From positions 1-30,589 of the forward strand of contig JAYTSD010000047.1 of NCBI GenBank assembly GCA_043745805.1: a DNA stretch of 30,589 nucleotides, written 5' to 3'. Position numbers and translations under genes: made by a program. The stretch's first letter is position 1; each line of letters starts with the position of its first letter. This DNA comes from Fibrobacteria bacterium (GTDB taxonomy: Bacteria; Fibrobacterota; Fibrobacteria; UBA11236). The notes below the pieces were generated by a model. The model did not search any database and was not told the origin of the DNA. It worked only from the letters and a program-made list of their open reading frames with translations. This document shows positions 27,890 to 30,589 of this stretch, one piece after another.

Positions 27890-29074
27890 ATGCAGCTTTT
27901 TCGATTTTTAGTTTTTCTTGGTTTTGTTTGTACGGCTGTAGTAGAAGCGCAAGATGTATTTGATGTTTTCTTAGGTCCAAGACAATTCGCTATGGGCGGT
28001 GCAGGTGTAGCCTTAATTGATAGAGGGCGCAGTCAAAATTTCAATCCAGCTTTACCAGCGCTTAGTTTTCCGGAAGATCGAATAGGATTGGCGTTACATC
28101 CCACTTTGAGAGAATCTTTTCAAGGAGCAATTCGATTTAAAGAAGGTGGTTTCCCTCAAGTTAATTTATACAAAAGTGATGAACCCTTTGCGGCATCATT
28201 TTTAGGATTGCCAGCGATTTATTTTCCGAAGCTTGGATATTTTGGAATTGATAAGCACTCAGTCGGCACTGAATGGGGTAGGGATATAGAATATCGAGAA
28301 TCCGGTTATTCTTTAACCCTTTCTTTAGCAAATGATTTTATGGAAAAAAAACCAATTGCAAATGATTCCACATTTAAATGGACTGGCGGCATCAGTCTCA
28401 AACGCTTTAACACTAGTTATAATGTTTTGTATCCAGATACAGTTGTCATAGCTCAATTTAAAAATTTTGTTTACGATATTGGTTGGGCATGGAGTTTCTC
28501 GCATATTTCTTACATACCGGGCCTCCAAGCAAATATTGGTTTTGCCTTACTAAATCTAGGTGCTACCTATTCCAATGATAAGGACACTTATTCTCAATGG
28601 AAAAATTCACTTAACCATGAATACAGAATTGGTTGGTCTCTTGAGGAGCGGCCATTTAAAAAAATAATTTTAGTCAATCGAAAATGGACTCCAATAAAAA
28701 TATTGGCGACACAAGAATTTAAAAAATATTTTTATTCCTATGATGAATTTGGAAATCCACGTCCTTTTTATACCGCTTTTTTTAAGGATTTTGATAAAGA
28801 TCCTAGTGATTACTGGGATGAAACTGAAATCAATATGGGTGCAGAAATTACTTTGATGAGTTTAGTGAGTTTTAGATATGGAAGAGGGCATAGCAGTTTT
28901 AATTGGTTGCACCCGACTTGGTCTTTCGGCTATGGGATTTCTTCCGGCCCCATATTTAAAAACTTTTTCTTTAACTACGATTACGCACGCGTGCTCAATT
29001 TGGGCGCAGGAAGAGACGTTGGATCGGCCTCCTCTCCAAGAGAGTATGGGTTTCAAATGGGGTATTTATTTTGA
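27890..29074 (+). CDS. PorV/PorQ (FadL-like) outer-membrane barrel, T9SS-associated
   Basis: Signal peptide from ATG 27890; GPRQFAMGGAGVA...FNPA; NLG; GAE..FRYG; terminal GYLF. Confidence 0.7.
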   Translation: MQLFRFLVFLGFVCTAVVEAQDVFDVFLGPRQFAMGGAGVALIDRGRSQNFNPALPALSFPEDRIGLALHPTLRESFQGAIRFKEGGFPQVNLYKSDEPFAASFLGLPAIYFPKLGYFGIDKHSVGTEWGRDIEYRESGYSLTLSLANDFMEKKPIANDSTFKWTGGISLKRFNTSYNVLYPDTVVIAQFKNFVYDIGWAWSFSHISYIPGLQANIGFALLNLGATYSNDKDTYSQWKNSLNHEYRIGWSLEERPFKKIILVNRKWTPIKILATQEFKKYFYSYDEFGNPRPFYTAFFKDFDKDPSDYWDETEINMGAEITLMSLVSFRYGRGHSSFNWLHPTWSFGYGISSGPIFKNFFFNYDYARVLNLGAGRDVGSASSPREYGFQMGYLF

Positions 29075-29145
29075 AATACCAAAGCCTGTGATTAATAATG
29101 AAACCTTGAGTAAAATATTTTCCCATTTAATTTTGAAAGCCTAAA

Positions 29146-29238
29146 ATGAAGTTAGAACAAAAGTTTGCATTGCTGTTTATATGCGGTTTTTTGTTGATGG
29201 GATGCACTAAAAATCTGATTTGTAATCAAAATGTATGA
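29146..29238 (+). other. 30-aa ORF consisting mostly of a lipoprotein signal peptide (small lipoprotein or gene remnant)
   Basis: MKLEQKFALLFICGFLLMG-CTKNLICNQNV*; lipobox LMGC. Confidence 0.35.
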
Positions 29239-29754
29239 AGACAAATTCTGAAAAAGTATTTCTATTGATTATCTAGATAATGAAGTGATTTTTATTTCAT
29301 GTAAAACTCAGTAAGGGAATTAATTTTTTGTTCTCTTTCTAGGCGCAGGCCGCTGCTGTAATATTACAGTAATAAATTTGATTTTATATTCGTATTTGGA
29401 AGTATAAAGTTTAGTAGAGTTAAAATGTATCTCCACCGATACTATTTAATACGATTGCCATAAATACTTGTAGCCCTCAATCGAAAAATCGAAATTATAA
29501 TCATTGTATTAGTGTGTGTTATTTCAAAACCTATGTTTGAATTTATTTTTAATCCCAAACCTATGAAAATAAATATTAATACCCTACATTTAAATAATTT
29601 TAAATGTACATTCCCGTTCGGTGTTTAATTAGAAATTGATTTGAAGGTCAATATGATTTTGCGGTTTCGCAAAGTTGTTAATGCTTTCCATTTGAGTTTT
29701 GAAATATGCAATATAAAGTTGTGAGCGTAGTTAATGTTAAATAAGGGACGGAAT

Positions 29755-30589
29755 ATGAAAACTAAGAGTAATTTAAAAGCAACCTCTATGTTTTGGATCA
29801 ATAAATACGCTATCCTAATCAGCTTTTTATTGATGACAATGGCCTATACTAGTTTTGCTTCTAAAGTTTTATTAGTAGTAGGGAATTTAACACTAGGAGC
29901 AGGAGATGCTGCTGCTGTCATTGCATTGCAAGCATTAGGTGATACCGTAACTACGGTTAAAGATAATTTGTCGGTAGTAGGGGATGCTACTTCAAAAGAC
30001 CTTGTTATTATCTCTTCAACTGTAACGATAGCGAACGTTGCAGGGCGATTTAAAAATATTACTCAGCCATTAATGATTTATGAAAGCGGAATTTATTCTA
30101 CCAATTATAATATTACAAACAAAAATCAAACTGGTGGTTTAACGCAAATTGCAATGGTGCCTTCTAAAGCTAGTCATCCTATGTCAGCAGGATTAACAGG
30201 AGCAATCACCGTTTATAACGCAACAACTGATGCAATCACATGGGGAGTGCCTGGGCTAGGAGCAACTAAAATTGCTACTCTAACCACAGACACGACTAAA
30301 TGTGCAATATTTGCATTTGATATAGGGGCAAATATGGCACTAGTTGCTAGTCCTGCTGACCCTGCTTTAGGTCGACGGGTGGGTTTTTTCTATTTCGATA
30401 TTGGGGCTTCCATTGCTACGGCGCAAGGTAAGCAACTTTTTAATGCTGCCGTAAACTGGGCCAAGAATGGTTCCGGAAGTACCGCACCAACCATTACCAC
30501 ACAACCCACAGCCACAACAACGGTAACCGCAGGTGCCACAATAAGTTTAAGCGTAGTGGCCACAGGTAATCCTGTTCCCACTTATCAAT
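29755..30589 (+). CDS. Secreted multidomain protein (5' part; runs off the window) with an N-terminal alpha/beta domain followed by an Ig-like domain
   Basis: Open frame from ATG 29755 to the window end: MKTKSNLK...AYTSFA|SKVLLVVG...DLVIISSTV...HPMSAGLTG...GKQLFNAAVNWA, then APTITTQP...ATISLSVVATGNPVPTYQ (I-set-like Ig repeat start). Not in the ORF track. Confidence 0.85.
   Translation, partial: MKTKSNLKATSMFWINKYAILISFLLMTMAYTSFASKVLLVVGNLTLGAGDAAAVIALQALGDTVTTVKDNLSVVGDATSKDLVIISSTVTIANVAGRFKNITQPLMIYESGIYSTNYNITNKNQTGGLTQIAMVPSKASHPMSAGLTGAITVYNATTDAITWGVPGLGATKIATLTTDTTKCAIFAFDIGANMALVASPADPALGRRVGFFYFDIGASIATAQGKQLFNAAVNWAKNGSGSTAPTITTQPTATTTVTAGATISLSVVATGNPVPTYQ

Noticed and set aside
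1..30589. CRISPR arrays, tRNA/rRNA genes, prophage or defence genes
   Set aside because: No repeat-spacer periodicity, cloverleaf or rRNA signatures, or phage/defence motifs seen by eye

Overview
AT-rich Gram-negative chromosomal window. A T9SS-type C-terminal domain, a PorV-like gene, Bacteroidota/Fibrobacterota-type sdhAB and flgB together suggest a flagellated FCB-group organism, possibly Fibrobacterota (inference). Left part: a decayed IS3 element, an ArfB-like GGQ hydrolase, a SAM methyltransferase, a secreted PQQ/GSDH beta-propeller protein, and sdhBA without sdhC. Middle: a ~8.4 kb metal-acquisition cluster (6632-15045). Right part: a YeeE/YedE pair, GNAT, K+-dependent membrane pyrophosphatase plus a coupled hypothetical gene, orphan sigma54-driven flgB, a KimA-like permease, M18 aminopeptidase, MBOAT plus SGNH-like partner, a PorV-like barrel, and the 5' part of a secreted Ig-domain protein missed by the ORF track. 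The most interesting signal is in the metal cluster. Two exported, metal-ligand-rich leader ORFs each precede an outer-membrane protein gene: one is His-rich and ends in the ribosome-arrest motif RAPP, the other is Cys/His-rich and ends in PPPPEKVP. In both, the mRNA at the putative stall site is complementary to the downstream ribosome-binding region. These modules flank a cobalamin-riboswitch-controlled metE. Several genes also look leaderless (TANNNT 6-7 nt before ATG). All family assignments come from motif recognition; no database searches were run.
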